Below are positions 62,344-64,000 of a stretch of 64,000 bases of DNA, piece after piece (position 1 is the stretch's first letter; the number at the start of each line of letters is the position of its first letter). A model generated the notes under the pieces. The model ran no database searches, was not told the DNA's origin, and saw nothing but the letters and a program-made list of their open reading frames with translations. The translations under genes were made by a program, and so were the position numbers. Origin of the DNA: Wickerhamiella versatilis (Eukaryota); contig JAQOWU010000008.1 in assembly GCA_030867685.1 (NCBI GenBank), forward strand, positions 372,001 through 436,000, read 5' to 3'.

Positions 62344-62594
62344 GTGGTTCTGCGGGGTAGTAATTGCTATTGTAAGGGTACTTGTAATCCTGAGTTCAAG
62401 TGCATCATTGTCATGATCACGTGATATAGAAATGTCTTAATTCGTCTTTTTTGCGAGATATAGCGTGCCCACATGACGATCTCTTCACAATTTCCTTCTT
62501 GTGATAGCTTGGGCGCATCTCTGTGTGAACCTCAATTCGTCGCTATCGACGAATCGCAGAGCGTGTTTACCTCAGCACGCAATCCAGTCTGGGT

Positions 62595-63344
62595 ATGTAC
62601 AGAAGGCTTGCATTTGTGGCGGGAGGTGTTGCTGCTAGCGGACTGACAGTTCCTGTGGTACTTGCAGAAACCAATAAGAAATACAAGGCCATCTACGATG
62701 ATGATGTGAGCCCGGTGAAACCTTTGCCTGGCACTATAGAACCCTCCACCCGGGCTGAAAACGGTGTCACGCGCGTAGAGACTCGATTTGGGGAACTCCT
62801 TGACGTCGAAACAATTAGTGATGAAGATAACGGCGTTGTTGTTCATGTAAGTAAGGTCTTGAGCAGTTACGTTGAAGTGGCGCGACAATATCTTAATACG
62901 GGAGTTGATGAAACAACGAGGATTTCCGGAGACCTTTTTGAGCGGTTTATTCGAGACGAGCGTGGTGCTGCTAAAACCATAGCATCTCTGAAAGATGAGC
63001 ATGAGGATGTCTTGCCCGCTGCTATTTATGTTCTTATTGCTGGCCTCACCGGTAGTATTCTGAGTCGTCGCCGAAATATTCTGTTTCGAGGTCTAGCGCC
63101 AATTATTTTTGGCACCGGTGCTTTTGCTTACTTGCTGCCAAGAACTTTTGATAATACAAGATCGTTAGCCTGGAAACTTGAGAAGGAGCAGGTACCTGAA
63201 CTGGCCGAAAAACAGATTGAGGCACAGAAACAAGTCACTGATCTCCAAAAGAAGGCACAGGACTTTTATGATGACGGTGAAAAGGAAGTTCAAAAGGGTT
63301 GGAAATCAACTCGGCAGACAATTAAAGATTGGACTGGTTGGTAG
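62595..63344 (+). CDS. MICOS subunit Mic26/Mic27 (apolipoprotein O family)
   Basis: K.IYDD, E..LP..IYVLIAGLTGSILSRRRNI.FR..AP, Y.LP.TF.NT. Confidence 0.85.
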   Translation: MYRRLAFVAGGVAASGLTVPVVLAETNKKYKAIYDDDVSPVKPLPGTIEPSTRAENGVTRVETRFGELLDVETISDEDNGVVVHVSKVLSSYVEVARQYLNTGVDETTRISGDLFERFIRDERGAAKTIASLKDEHEDVLPAAIYVLIAGLTGSILSRRRNILFRGLAPIIFGTGAFAYLLPRTFDNTRSLAWKLEKEQVPELAEKQIEAQKQVTDLQKKAQDFYDDGEKEVQKGWKSTRQTIKDWTGW

Positions 63345-63645
63345 AACAATTAAATTTAGACCTTACCGCATAAAATATGGTTTTACACACGTTATCCAAC
63401 ATCAACCCCCTGTTTGGAGTTTGATTTTGTTATGCTGTGTCGCCACTATATTCTAGTATATAAATCAGCTAGTTGCAAGATGAACTGTGATTTTTGTTCG
63501 TCAATCAAGTTATAATATATATGAAATGTCGAAACATCCCGTTCCAAGAATAACTAAGGCGATTCAGATAGCCCACTATTTTTCCACAATTATCAGGGAG
63601 TGCAATTATTAGTAATCATTGTCGCGTGGGTTCGTGGGTGTAGGA

Positions 63646-64000
63646 ATGGATGGGCCGAAACTGCTGTCAAGTCAGGTTTTAAGTCTGAAAAAAGATGGCA
63701 CGCCAGACCCAGAAATATACAATCTTGTTAGTACTGTAACGGGGTCCAAGGAGGACATTAAGGTGGATAGTCTGAAAGGAGGCATCACAAACCAACTATT
63801 TATGGCTCACCAAAATGGGTTGAAACTTCTCATAAGGGCCTATGGCAAAGGAACTTCTGCATTTATTAATCGAGACCGTGAATTCGCTGTGCATACTCAA
63901 CTCACGAATCTTGGACTGGCACCACGTCTCTTCGCACGCTTTGGGAATGGTCTAGTGTATGCTTATATACCTGGTCGCACTGCTCATTATCGCGAACTAA
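63646..64000 (+). CDS. Ethanolamine/choline kinase, 5' part (runs off the window)
   Basis: Translated by hand from ATG 63646: MDGPKLL...LKGGITNQLF...LLIRAYGKGTSAFINRDREF...GLAPRLFARFGNGLVYAYIPGR, an ETNK-type N-lobe. Confidence 0.88.
   Translation, partial: MDGPKLLSSQVLSLKKDGTPDPEIYNLVSTVTGSKEDIKVDSLKGGITNQLFMAHQNGLKLLIRAYGKGTSAFINRDREFAVHTQLTNLGLAPRLFARFGNGLVYAYIPGRTAHYREL

Noticed and set aside
62417-62424. TCACGTGA (CDEI/Cbf1-like) between PEX20 and MIC26
   Set aside because: There is no >90% AT CDEII or CDEIII, so it is not a point centromere. A single bHLH site is not significant alone.
1-64000. Transposons, LTRs, CRISPR arrays, rRNA/tRNA genes, telomeric repeats
   Set aside because: I saw no transposase, RT or integrase ORFs, long direct repeats or RNA-gene signatures; the window is almost fully tiled by single-copy genes.

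Overview
This is a 64 kb piece of a very compact budding-yeast (Saccharomycotina) nuclear chromosome. It holds about 40 apparently intron-less protein-coding genes, roughly one per 1.6 kb, two of them cut by the window edges. Most are housekeeping genes: APE4, URK1, PRR1, SDS3, PRM15/PGM3, VAN1, the complex I 51 kDa and 13 kDa subunits, MIF2, ICP55, UTP21, VIP1, PRS1, RIB2, NAT1, HNT1, SFT2, SDH5, SIR2/HST1, SPP2, SHE9, MRP10, PKC1, FAS1, TOS4, PRP22, PRE1, PEP12/VAM3, POL1, PEX20, MIC26/27 and an ethanolamine kinase. CTG is read as Leu, complex I is present and there is a Pex20-type receptor. Together with the extreme compaction, these point by inference to a Wickerhamiella/Starmerella-like yeast. 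I saw no tRNA, rRNA, transposon or CRISPR. Four things stand out. (1) An oriented T[TG]A[CG]TAA element lies within about 45 nt of the start codon in about 12 of 40 functionally unrelated genes, with related 8-mers in several more; it is a candidate lineage-specific core-promoter or 5'-leader element. (2) A bacterial-looking nucleoside deaminase is wedged between PRS1 and RIB2 and is a horizontal-transfer candidate. (3) Intergenic spacers as short as 50-80 bp occur even between tandem and divergent genes. (4) The splicing factors SPP2 and PRP22 are eroded, and MCB boxes sit at POL1, TOS4 and MIF2. All gene names come from recalled motifs, not from database searches.
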